From Candidatus Zhuqueibacterota bacterium (GTDB lineage Bacteria; BS750m-G25): a stretch of DNA of 50,472 nt. Both the position numbers and the translations under genes were made by a program. The notes under the pieces were generated by a model. That model worked only from the letters and a program-made list of their open reading frames with translations, searched no databases and was not told the origin of the DNA. Of this stretch, positions 37,727 to 46,130 are shown one piece after another (positions within the stretch are counted from its first letter, which is position 1; each line of letters begins with the position of its first letter). Location of the stretch: positions 1 to 50,472 of the forward strand of contig JADHWK010000014.1 in assembly GCA_016783505.1 (NCBI GenBank), given 5' to 3'.

Positions 37727-38731
37727 GTGAAGACATCTTACTTTGTTAATGGTTTTTTGGGAGCGGGTCTTTTCGGCCTCATGCTGGTGGTTGGCTGTTC
37801 TGATATGGCTCACGACAATCCTTTGGACCCCGATTCCCCCGATTATTCAGGGTTGGGAAGTGTGTATGGAAAAGTACTTTCTTACTCTGTCCCCCATACA
37901 CCTATTCCCGAAGTGGTTGTAACTTTGAGCCCCTCTCTAAAAGTGGGGGTGACTGATGAGGATGGTGAATACCGGATTGATGATGTTCCTGTGGGAAGTT
38001 ATTGGGTTTTAGCCTCCCGGACAGGTTATTGTCCCGATTCCCTCCAGATCACGGTTTCAGCCGGAAAGACTACCCAGGACACATTTTATCTGGATGCCCT
38101 ACCTGTCTTTCTTGAGACCGGTGTAGCTTCAATACACATAAGCACCTGGATTTCGTTAGATGACATATATGAAGCCGAATTTCAAGCCCGGGTGACGGAT
38201 CCCGATGGGGTTAATGATATTGATTCGGTATTCGTCAGGGTGGATGGGATTGGTCTCGAAGTTCCCTTAGGGATGAACATGGACGGTTATTTCCAAACGA
38301 CCCTTAACGCACAGGATTTACCCCATCGGAGTCTGGAGGACCTATTGGGACAGCCGGTGATCTTTCTGGCCAGGGATCAGGTGGGCCACTATACATTGTC
38401 CGACCCCATGTATTTGGTGCGCATAATCGAAGAAACACCAAGGACGATCTCGCCCAATCAGGATACGGTGGGCACCCAGCCCCTGTTGGTCTGGGAGCCC
38501 CTTTATCTACCCTATGATTTTTCCTACACTGTTGAAGTGTATCAAGATATTGGCCTGGGATATCTATGGGTATGGGGAACGGATAACATACCTTCTTCTG
38601 TGGACACCATTCGGGTGACCCAATCCCTGCAATCCGGTTTTTTTCATTACTGGGTGGTATGGGTAGTTGATGGGTTCGGGGATCGGAGCCGCTCCAAGGA
38701 GGCGGCCTTCAATGTGGAGGAGAAGAAATGA
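37727..38731 (+). CDS. Lipoprotein with carboxypeptidase-regulatory-like and Ig/FN3-like domains
   Basis: Lipobox LVVG|C, DNPLDP, G.V.G.V...TDEDGEY.I.DVP.G.Y.V.AS..GY. Confidence 0.75.
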   Translation: MKTSYFVNGFLGAGLFGLMLVVGCSDMAHDNPLDPDSPDYSGLGSVYGKVLSYSVPHTPIPEVVVTLSPSLKVGVTDEDGEYRIDDVPVGSYWVLASRTGYCPDSLQITVSAGKTTQDTFYLDALPVFLETGVASIHISTWISLDDIYEAEFQARVTDPDGVNDIDSVFVRVDGIGLEVPLGMNMDGYFQTTLNAQDLPHRSLEDLLGQPVIFLARDQVGHYTLSDPMYLVRIIEETPRTISPNQDTVGTQPLLVWEPLYLPYDFSYTVEVYQDIGLGYLWVWGTDNIPSSVDTIRVTQSLQSGFFHYWVVWVVDGFGDRSRSKEAAFNVEEKK

Positions 38732-38838
38732 GCTGGCAGAACAGAACATATTAAAAATCCGATCATTCCGGTGTCAGTTGGACATCTGACAGTTTGGGCT
38801 CGGTGAGACACCTTCGCCCTAGTGAGAAACAAATTCAA

Positions 38839-38940
38839 ATGAGCAATCCCGAAGCCTCGGGACAAAATAAAAAACAATATGATTTAGAAGATCGCGTGCT
38901 TTTGTTTCCTAAAAAGGCAAGAGCCTTCGCAACGTTTTGA
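38839..38940 (+). pseudogene. Second four-helix-bundle protein N-terminal fragment inside a repeat element (38753-38990)
   Basis: ...QNKKQYDLEDRVLLFPKKARAF..* resembles the YDLEERT..FA..V N-terminus. Flanks are AAAATCCGA...GAAACAAATTCAAAT and TTGGATTTTATTTCGGATTTCGA. Confidence 0.65.
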
Positions 38941-39023
38941 ATCCGCCTTTGGCGGAATAATTTAATTTGGATTTTATTTCGGATTTCGATAAGGGAGGCG
39001 AAGCTTCGTTAGAAGAGTTATCT

Positions 39024-40499
39024 ATGAATCAAAGAGAAAATTCCGGGGATCGTCAATCCTATTTTGAGGCCCTGTATCGGATCAGCCAGCAGGTCAATTC
39101 CATCACCGAGATAGAGCCCCTGCTTAACAAAATCATGGACATCGCCATGGAGACCGTGGCCGCAGAGCGGGGGTTTATCGTGCTGATTCAGGGGGAGAAT
39201 CTAACCGTACAGATCGCCCGTAACATTTCCCCATCCATCGCCCAGGATACCAGCTTACCCTCAACCACGGTCCTCAGAAGGGTCATTGCCGAAAAGAAAC
39301 CCCTTCTATCCCAGGATGCACAAGAGGACCCCCGCTTCGCTGGGGCTGAGAGTGTTGTCCTTCACGGCATTCGTTCAGTGGCCGGTGTTCCTTTAGTAAT
39401 TAAAGACCGACCCATCGGCGCCATTTACGTGGATTCACAGCACGACCGGCGGCTGTTTACCGCCGAGAGTCTGGAATTCCTGACCGCCTTTGCCAATCAG
39501 GCGGCCATTGCCATAGAGAACGCCCGCCTCTACGAGGGACTGCGCCTGGAGAATATTGTCCTTAAAAAGGAGATCGCCCGGACCACAACCTTTGGTGAGA
39601 TCATCGGCCGGAGCCCGGCCATGGAGGCCGTCTTCAATCTGATTGCCAAGGTGGCCCGAACCGAAGCCACTACCCTGATCGAGGGGGAGAGCGGCACCGG
39701 AAAGGAGCTGGTGGCCCGGGCCATCCACCTCCACGGTCCCCGTAAGGATAAACCCTTCGTAGCCCTGTATTGTGGTGCCCTGCCGGATACGCTAATTGAG
39801 TCCGAGCTTTTTGGTCATCGAAAGGGGGCTTTTACCGGGGCCATTTCCGACAAGATGGGGCTGTTTGAGATCGCCGACGGGGGCACCTTTTTCTTGGATG
39901 AAATTGCTGATCTTAACCCCCAAATACAGACTAAATTATTGCGGGTGCTCCAGGATGGGGAAATCAGGCGGGTGGGGGATACCCGGGTCCGAAAAGTGGA
40001 CGTGAGACTGATCTCGGCCACCAACAAAGAGCTGGCCGCGCAGGTCAAAAGGGGCAAATTCCGGGAGGACCTTTACTACAGACTGAACGTCATTTCCATC
40101 AGGATACCCCCCCTCCGGGAAAGGGCCGGGGATATCCACCTGCTGGCCGATCGTTTTCTGAAAAAATACGCTGCCAAGATGGGGAAACACATCACTGGAT
40201 TTACAGGAGAAGCCAAAAAAAGACTGCGGGGCTACGCCTGGCCGGGAAACGTGAGGGAGTTGGAGAACGCCGTGGAGCGGGCCGTTATCCTGACAGAGGG
40301 GTCCCTTATCCGGGCCGAGGACTTATTCGTTCCCAATCCCCTTGGGGATGAAGACCTGGGGTTAACCCTCAGGGAGAAGGAAAAGAAATGGGTTTACCAA
40401 ACCCTGGAGAGGATGGGGGGAAATCGGAGGAAGACGGCCCAGGCGCTGGGGGTCTCCCTGCGCTGGCTCCAGTATCGGCTGAAAGGGTGGAATGACTGA
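39024..40499 (+). CDS. sigma-54-dependent enhancer-binding protein (GAF-AAA+-Fis HTH)
   Basis: GAF domain, GESGTGKELVA, ESELFGH.KGAFTGA, FLDEI, FREDLYYRL, WPGNVRELEN, and the HTH TAQALGVS. Probable ATG at 39024 (the ORF track starts at 38967). Confidence 0.95.
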   Translation: MNQRENSGDRQSYFEALYRISQQVNSITEIEPLLNKIMDIAMETVAAERGFIVLIQGENLTVQIARNISPSIAQDTSLPSTTVLRRVIAEKKPLLSQDAQEDPRFAGAESVVLHGIRSVAGVPLVIKDRPIGAIYVDSQHDRRLFTAESLEFLTAFANQAAIAIENARLYEGLRLENIVLKKEIARTTTFGEIIGRSPAMEAVFNLIAKVARTEATTLIEGESGTGKELVARAIHLHGPRKDKPFVALYCGALPDTLIESELFGHRKGAFTGAISDKMGLFEIADGGTFFLDEIADLNPQIQTKLLRVLQDGEIRRVGDTRVRKVDVRLISATNKELAAQVKRGKFREDLYYRLNVISIRIPPLRERAGDIHLLADRFLKKYAAKMGKHITGFTGEAKKRLRGYAWPGNVRELENAVERAVILTEGSLIRAEDLFVPNPLGDEDLGLTLREKEKKWVYQTLERMGGNRRKTAQALGVSLRWLQYRLKGWND

Positions 40500-42141
40500 A
40501 AAAATTAACAAGTATGAGATTCAACAGGTTATCTCCAAAGGAAGCCTGACCACTGTCTACCTCGCCCATCACCCCTCCCTCGGCCGGGAGGTGTTGCTGA
40601 AAGTATTCTCGCCCCACCTTAGCCGGGAGAAGGACCTGGTGGAACGCTTTGTGAGAGAGGCCCAGATCTGTGCCCGGTTGAAGCATCCCAACATCGTCAC
40701 CGTGTATGATTTTGGGCAATGGGAGGGGTCACCCTTTATGGTATTGGAATTTGTGAAGGGTCAGAGCCTTAAGGACATAATCGAGCAACGGGGGAAACTA
40801 CCTCCTGTGGTGGCCTTCTATCTCCTTTGGGATGTCTTGAAAGGTTTGGGATGTGCCCATGACCGGGGGGTCATACATCGTGATATCAAACCAGCCAACC
40901 TTTTGGTTTCCCAGGAAGGGGAGGCCAAGATCACCGATTTCGGCCTTGCCTGGGCTGAAGGGGCGGTAACCCTCACCGCCCCCGGTTCGATAGTGGGTAC
41001 CCCCTGCTATATGTCCCCGGAGCAGGTGGGCGGCCGGGGCTTGGATGGCCGTTCGGACATTTTCTCACTGGGGGCTACCTTCTATGAAGCCCTGTCGGGA
41101 AAGAGAGCCTTCGGTGGGGATTCCTTTTCAGAGTGTTTCGCCAAAATTTTGACCGAGGACCCCCCCGACCTCAGGGATCTTGAACTTTCCCTACCGACTC
41201 CCATGGCCCGCATAGTGATGAAAATGATGGGGAAGAAGGCCTCAAAGCGTTATAAAGACTGTTCGGAAATACTCGTAGATTTGGATAAATTAGGTCTGGA
41301 TGAAGACCCCTCCTGGAGTCGGGAGGCTGTTCAGGATTTTCTTCAGGGGGCCGGTGAAACTCGTGTTGCCGGAGCCCGGGTATGGTCAGGGCGGAGAAAG
41401 ATATGGGCGGTGTTGGGGATGGCCGCAGCCCTTTTACTTTTGGCCGGAGGGTTTTGGGGGTTGCGGTTTCAAAAGCCTATGAAGGCTGAAAAGGATAAAG
41501 GAACCCTGTCCGGGGCTGTGGACTCTGTGGGAGTACCGAAAGAGGGAGGCTTAAAAAGTTCCCTGGGAATTCGGCTGGCGGAGGAGAGAAGGGGGGGACC
41601 CAGATTCCCATTGCCAGAATTGGGTGTCCCCCCACCCCCGGAGATTCTAATCTCTCGGGAGAAAGAGAAATATGAACCCTTACCAGAGGTTTTTGAGTTG
41701 ATGACAAACCGTCAGGTCGGGGGATACCTGGGATTAGATTGTCTTCCCTGGGCCGAGGTCTTTATTGACGATTCCAGCTATGGGGTTACCCCCCTTACCG
41801 GGATAATCCCCATCCAGACTGGGACCCACCTTCTGCGGTTGATTCATCCGGATTATCCTCCCTATGCAAAAGAGTTTACCATCGCCCCGGAAGAGACCCT
41901 GCGGATGAACCTTTCCCTGATAGGGAATTTTTCCTATCTGAAGCTGCTGGTGTATCCCTGGGCTGAAGTCTTCATTGACGGGGTTCCCAAGGGAACCACC
42001 CCCCTGAGAAAACCCCTGGTGCTGACCCCCGGGGAGCATGTAGTTGTTCTGAAGAATCCTTCTTTTCCCCAATGGGAGGATAAAGTCCAATTAGAAAGAG
42101 GAAAGACTTTAGAACTTAAAATTAGGTTGCCCCGGGAATAA
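40492..42141 (+). CDS. Membrane Ser/Thr protein kinase with extracytoplasmic PEGA-like domains
   Basis: HPNIV, HRDIKPANLL, KITDFGLA, GTPCYMSPEQ, DGRSDIFSLG, a TM helix, and two PWAEVFID..G.TP repeats. Confidence 0.93.
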   Translation: MTEKINKYEIQQVISKGSLTTVYLAHHPSLGREVLLKVFSPHLSREKDLVERFVREAQICARLKHPNIVTVYDFGQWEGSPFMVLEFVKGQSLKDIIEQRGKLPPVVAFYLLWDVLKGLGCAHDRGVIHRDIKPANLLVSQEGEAKITDFGLAWAEGAVTLTAPGSIVGTPCYMSPEQVGGRGLDGRSDIFSLGATFYEALSGKRAFGGDSFSECFAKILTEDPPDLRDLELSLPTPMARIVMKMMGKKASKRYKDCSEILVDLDKLGLDEDPSWSREAVQDFLQGAGETRVAGARVWSGRRKIWAVLGMAAALLLLAGGFWGLRFQKPMKAEKDKGTLSGAVDSVGVPKEGGLKSSLGIRLAEERRGGPRFPLPELGVPPPPEILISREKEKYEPLPEVFELMTNRQVGGYLGLDCLPWAEVFIDDSSYGVTPLTGIIPIQTGTHLLRLIHPDYPPYAKEFTIAPEETLRMNLSLIGNFSYLKLLVYPWAEVFIDGVPKGTTPLRKPLVLTPGEHVVVLKNPSFPQWEDKVQLERGKTLELKIRLPRE

Positions 42142-42145
42142 TATT

Positions 42146-42161
42146 TGGCACGATGTTTGTA
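42146..42161 (+). promoter_or_regulatory. sigma-54 (-24/-12) promoter
   Basis: TGGCACG-ATGT-TTGTA versus consensus TGGCACG-N4-TTGCW. Confidence 0.65.
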
Positions 42162-42200
42162 GAAATAAGGGATAGATATTTTTATTTGGGGGGAAAGATT

Positions 42201-43469
42201 ATGAATAGGATGTTTAGACCAACCCTAATGTTTTTAGGATTGGTGCTATTGTTTTGTATGGCTTCCTATCTTGTGGCTGGCTGGGAATTCGGTTCACCCA
42301 TGCCCACTGCCCGCTACGGGTTAGCGGCCGCCGAATTGGATAGTTTTATATATGTCATTGGGGGTAAAGACGAAAACGGCGTCCCCACTGCAGTGGTGGA
42401 GCGATACGACCCGGAAAACGATCAATGGGACAGCGGAGTAGCTCCCATTACTTCCCCCCGGTACAACGCGGCCGCCGTTAGTCTTCTTGGGAAGATATAC
42501 TTAATCGGGGGAATGGACGAATCGGGGATAGTGGGAACCATCGAAGAATATGATCCAGCCTTTGACCAATGGTCGGTCGTTGATACCCTCCCTGAACCCC
42601 GCCAGGGACTAGCGGCTGTGACATTAGGGGATACCATCTACATCATCGCCGGGTGGGGAGATCAAAACTATCTCTGTTCGGTGCTGATGTATATTCCAGG
42701 GATGTATATAAGTCCTTGGTCTATGGACAATCTGAGTTTATCCCGGGTGGGGCTGGCGGCCACCACATGGAATAACCGTATCTATGCCATCGGCGGGGTA
42801 TTTTTCGGCCCATTGAGCCTAGTGGAGGAATATTGGGCTTATCAACATTACTGGACCACCATAGATTCCTTGGGGGTGCCCCGGGGCTGGCTGGCGGCGG
42901 CCACTATTGGGGATACGATTTATGCCATCGGGGGATTCGATGGAAATAACTCATTGGCGGTGGTAGAATGTTACCTCCCCTCTGCAGACTCTAGCTGGTT
43001 TCAGATTGACCCCATGCAGATGCCCCGGGATGCCCTGGCGGCGGTATCTTTCAACGGAAAAATCTACGCCTTCGGGGGAAGCTATCGTCAGGACAGCCAG
43101 GTGGTAGAGGTGCTTGAAGTGGTGGAAGTGTATGAACCCGGGCTAGCTGTAATTGGCTCTGTGGATGATAATCAGCCCACCTTGATCGGCTTTCAATTAT
43201 CCCAAAACTATCCCAACCCGTTCAACACTTCAACCATTATCCGCTTTGGGGTGCCGGCAGGGGCTACCGGGCGAATCAGGTTAACCATTTATAATATCCG
43301 GGGTCAAGAGATCACCCGGTTAGTGAACGCTCCTTTGGCTCAGGGGAATTATTCAGCCGTCTGGGACGGCCAAGATGAGCAGGGGAATCCGGTATCGGGG
43401 GGACTGTATTTTTATGTTTTGGAATGCGGTTTGTTTGAAAATGCCCGGTCTATGCTCTACCTTCCCTAA
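42201..43469 (+). CDS. Secreted Kelch-repeat protein with C-terminal sorting/FlgD-Ig domain
   Basis: Signal peptide from ATG 42201, six PR..LAA.....IY.IGG...VE.Y units, and QNYPNPFN...WDGQD. Confidence 0.9.
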   Translation: MNRMFRPTLMFLGLVLLFCMASYLVAGWEFGSPMPTARYGLAAAELDSFIYVIGGKDENGVPTAVVERYDPENDQWDSGVAPITSPRYNAAAVSLLGKIYLIGGMDESGIVGTIEEYDPAFDQWSVVDTLPEPRQGLAAVTLGDTIYIIAGWGDQNYLCSVLMYIPGMYISPWSMDNLSLSRVGLAATTWNNRIYAIGGVFFGPLSLVEEYWAYQHYWTTIDSLGVPRGWLAAATIGDTIYAIGGFDGNNSLAVVECYLPSADSSWFQIDPMQMPRDALAAVSFNGKIYAFGGSYRQDSQVVEVLEVVEVYEPGLAVIGSVDDNQPTLIGFQLSQNYPNPFNTSTIIRFGVPAGATGRIRLTIYNIRGQEITRLVNAPLAQGNYSAVWDGQDEQGNPVSGGLYFYVLECGLFENARSMLYLP

Positions 43470-43505
43470 AATTTGGAAACTAATTTTTACCATCCAACCT
43501 AAAAA

Positions 43506-44366
43506 ATGTTCTCGGAAACTAATAGTTTAAATCGGGGTTTGTGCTACGGGAAAGCGGATAGACCCCGAAAGTTCGGAGTAGATTTAATAATTGTTATACT
43601 GTTTACTTTTTTTCTTTTACCAACCCTGATCTGGGGCCAGACAACCCCTGAGGGATGGCTTGAGCAGATCGAGGGGGAATATAACCGGCTGAACTACCAA
43701 AGGGCTGAAAACTTGTGCTGGGAAGCCCTGCGCAGCGGTGTAGATTTTGATCATCATCAACTGGCCACCATCCACAAATATCTGGCCCTGGCCCTCATCT
43801 CCCAAGGGAAGATCGAGCCGGGGAAGAGGGAATTTCGGGAGTTACTGTCCTACCAGCCGGATTATGAATTGGATTCCCTCTATGTCTCCCCCAAGATCAT
43901 TGACATCTTTGACGAAGTTAAAGCCCAGGTGGCCCTGGAGCGGCTGGCCCATCCCCCGAAGCCGAGTCCGGACCCACGCCTGATGGGGGCATTACGCTCC
44001 ATCATCATGCCCGGGTGGGGCCAGTGGTATAAGGGGGAACACCTCAAAGGGGGGGTGCTGATGGGATTGGGAACAGTGACCCTGGGGGGGGTTCTCTGGT
44101 CCCATGTCCAATATCAGCGGACCAGAGACCTCTATCAGAACGCTACCGACCCCGATGATATTCAATCGAAGTATGATCGGGCCAACCGATTTTATAAGAC
44201 CCGAAATGGACTGACCGCCTTTGCTGTCGGAATCTGGCTATTCGCCCATCTTGACGCCGCCCTGCGCCCGCCCGCCGAACCACTTGCCTTGGACGCCCGA
44301 CCAGTCACGTTTCACCAAAGGATATCCCCTCACGGTGTAATTTTTTCCGCTGGGATTACGTTCTAA
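43506..44366 (+). CDS. TPR-like plus DUF5683-like membrane protein (start uncertain)
   Basis: TPR-like helices, SPKIIDIFDEVK, ALRSIIMPGWGQWYKG, TM segments, terminal Phe. Confidence 0.7.
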   Translation: MFSETNSLNRGLCYGKADRPRKFGVDLIIVILFTFFLLPTLIWGQTTPEGWLEQIEGEYNRLNYQRAENLCWEALRSGVDFDHHQLATIHKYLALALISQGKIEPGKREFRELLSYQPDYELDSLYVSPKIIDIFDEVKAQVALERLAHPPKPSPDPRLMGALRSIIMPGWGQWYKGEHLKGGVLMGLGTVTLGGVLWSHVQYQRTRDLYQNATDPDDIQSKYDRANRFYKTRNGLTAFAVGIWLFAHLDAALRPPAEPLALDARPVTFHQRISPHGVIFSAGITF

Positions 44367-44370
44367 TTTC

Positions 44371-44461
44371 GTGCAAAATTTGCACCATCAGTGCATATCC
44401 TGCACTTTCCCATAAAATCCCGGTTGGGTATTGAACTTAGTTGATTGGCACGATAATTGAA
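44371..44461 (+). promoter_or_regulatory. Two UAS-like palindromes plus a sigma-54 promoter
   Basis: GTGCAAAATTTGCAC (44371) and GTGCATATCCTGCAC (44391), 20 bp apart; TGGCACG-ATAA-TTGAA at 44446. Confidence 0.7.
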
Positions 44462-44487
44462 AGTATAATAATCTGATATTACCGAAT

Positions 44488-45105
44488 GTGGATATAAAAG
44501 TGAATGAAGGGATCAGTAAGTTGACTGATCTTTATCTTCGCAGATGTGTTTTTGCTGCTCAGATTTTATTCGTTTGTTTTTCTCTGTCTTTCGGTCAACC
44601 TGTTCAATTTCACTCCGAAAAGATTCTTATGGAAATAGGGGAGGAATTTGTATTCATCAAAGGTATTTATATTTTTCATAATGATACGGATGTCTCCCGA
44701 TCGCAGACCCTGTTCTACCCCTTTTACCTTGATGAACATCAACTCTATCCGGATTCGATATCGGTAAAAGAGCGAGGGGGCCTAGATAAAACGGTGAAAT
44801 TTAGTAGATTAAAGAAGGGCATTCTGTTCCGGATCAAACTACCACCACATGATTATACTCAAGTTGAGGTTTGGTATCGGCAGATAATCCTGGCAAACCG
44901 GGCTGAATACATATTAACCACCACAAAATATTGGGGAAAAGGTTTGGTAGAGGGGGAATATAGGGTTATACTTCCTGCTGGATTTGAAGTGACCTATATG
45001 TCATATCAACCGGATAAAGTTAAAACGATTGATAGTAATAAAGAACTCTATTTTAGCAGAGAAAATTTTATGCCCAAAAAGAATTTAATTGTTAAGTGGA
45101 AGTAG
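44488..45105 (+). CDS. Hypothetical exported protein (DUF4424-like beta-rich)
   Basis: Signal-like segment, F.SEKI......V...Y.F.N...LFYPF and YILTTTKYWGK. Start uncertain. Confidence 0.55.
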   Translation: MDIKVNEGISKLTDLYLRRCVFAAQILFVCFSLSFGQPVQFHSEKILMEIGEEFVFIKGIYIFHNDTDVSRSQTLFYPFYLDEHQLYPDSISVKERGGLDKTVKFSRLKKGILFRIKLPPHDYTQVEVWYRQIILANRAEYILTTTKYWGKGLVEGEYRVILPAGFEVTYMSYQPDKVKTIDSNKELYFSRENFMPKKNLIVKWK

Positions 45106-45114
45106 GAGGTTAAA

Positions 45115-46113
45115 ATGGTAAGAAAATTGCTTCTTATCGGTTTCGCTTTATCCTGGGCGATGTATCTTCATTCAAATGCCAATCCCATAATTCCCATCAT
45201 CCTTTCTGAGATCAAACCCGGAATAACTGATTGGAGAATAGAATTGATCAACGAAGTTGGATTTGACAATCTAGATGGATGGAGAATCTCTACCTTAACG
45301 GATACGGCGGAAATCATTCCGGGGATCTCTATCGGTTTATTCGTGGTTTTATCGGTTGATAGTCTCGTAGACTCTTTATCCGTAAATCCTGAGGGGGATG
45401 TGGTTGGGGTTATTTGGCCTATGGAATATTTACCAATAGACGAAATCCGTTTCGGTAACGTTGACAGCGCTGTGATAGCAGCCCCTTTAGCCGGGCAGAC
45501 CATTTGTGCTATTGAGGGTTATCCTATTTATCTTGACAATACTCCAACCTTAGGAGCGTATAATGATTTTGAAGGGGCGATAGGAACGGTCAGCGGACAG
45601 GTTACCGATAGTCAGGGAAGTTCCATCGCCGATGCTCTGATTTCTTACTCATATGATTTTACAACCACTGATAGCTCTGGATATTATCAATTCTCAAATT
45701 ATGCCTGTTGGTGTAATGTCCACATTTCTGCCCAAAATTTCCAGGATACCTCTTTTAGTTTTCAAATCTATCCCGATTCCACTGTCGTTAGAAATATTGT
45801 CTTACAGTCAGCAGAGGCTGTCCGTCCTCAAACAGATGCGGTTTTTCCTTCCGAATATTTTCTGAGTCAAAATTATCCCAATCCCTTTAATGCGGTAACC
45901 GCCATTGAGTATGATTTGCCTGAACCCGGCCGGGTGACAATCAGGGTTTTCAACATTTTCGGGAAGGAAGTGGTTACATTGAAGAATGAACATCAACCCC
46001 CAGGCCACTACCAAATTTTATGGGATGCTTCGGGTCTTCCCTCTGGCATTTATTTCTGTCGGATGGGGGCAGGGGATTTTGTGCAGGTAAGAAAGATTAT
46101 ATTGGTGAAATAA
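45115..46113 (+). CDS. Secreted protein with carboxypeptidase-regulatory-like domain and C-terminal sorting domain
   Basis: GGAGG RBS, signal peptide, GTVSGQVTDSQG..I.DA.I...TDSSGYY, and QNYPNPFN...KIILVK. Confidence 0.8.
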   Translation: MVRKLLLIGFALSWAMYLHSNANPIIPIILSEIKPGITDWRIELINEVGFDNLDGWRISTLTDTAEIIPGISIGLFVVLSVDSLVDSLSVNPEGDVVGVIWPMEYLPIDEIRFGNVDSAVIAAPLAGQTICAIEGYPIYLDNTPTLGAYNDFEGAIGTVSGQVTDSQGSSIADALISYSYDFTTTDSSGYYQFSNYACWCNVHISAQNFQDTSFSFQIYPDSTVVRNIVLQSAEAVRPQTDAVFPSEYFLSQNYPNPFNAVTAIEYDLPEPGRVTIRVFNIFGKEVVTLKNEHQPPGHYQILWDASGLPSGIYFCRMGAGDFVQVRKIILVK

Positions 46114-46130
46114 ATTTTAGGAGGCATATC

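Noticed and set aside
37384-38940. Diversity-generating retroelement suggested by the Avd-like fragments
   Set aside because: No reverse transcriptase and no template/variable repeat pair with adenine-specific mismatches was seen.
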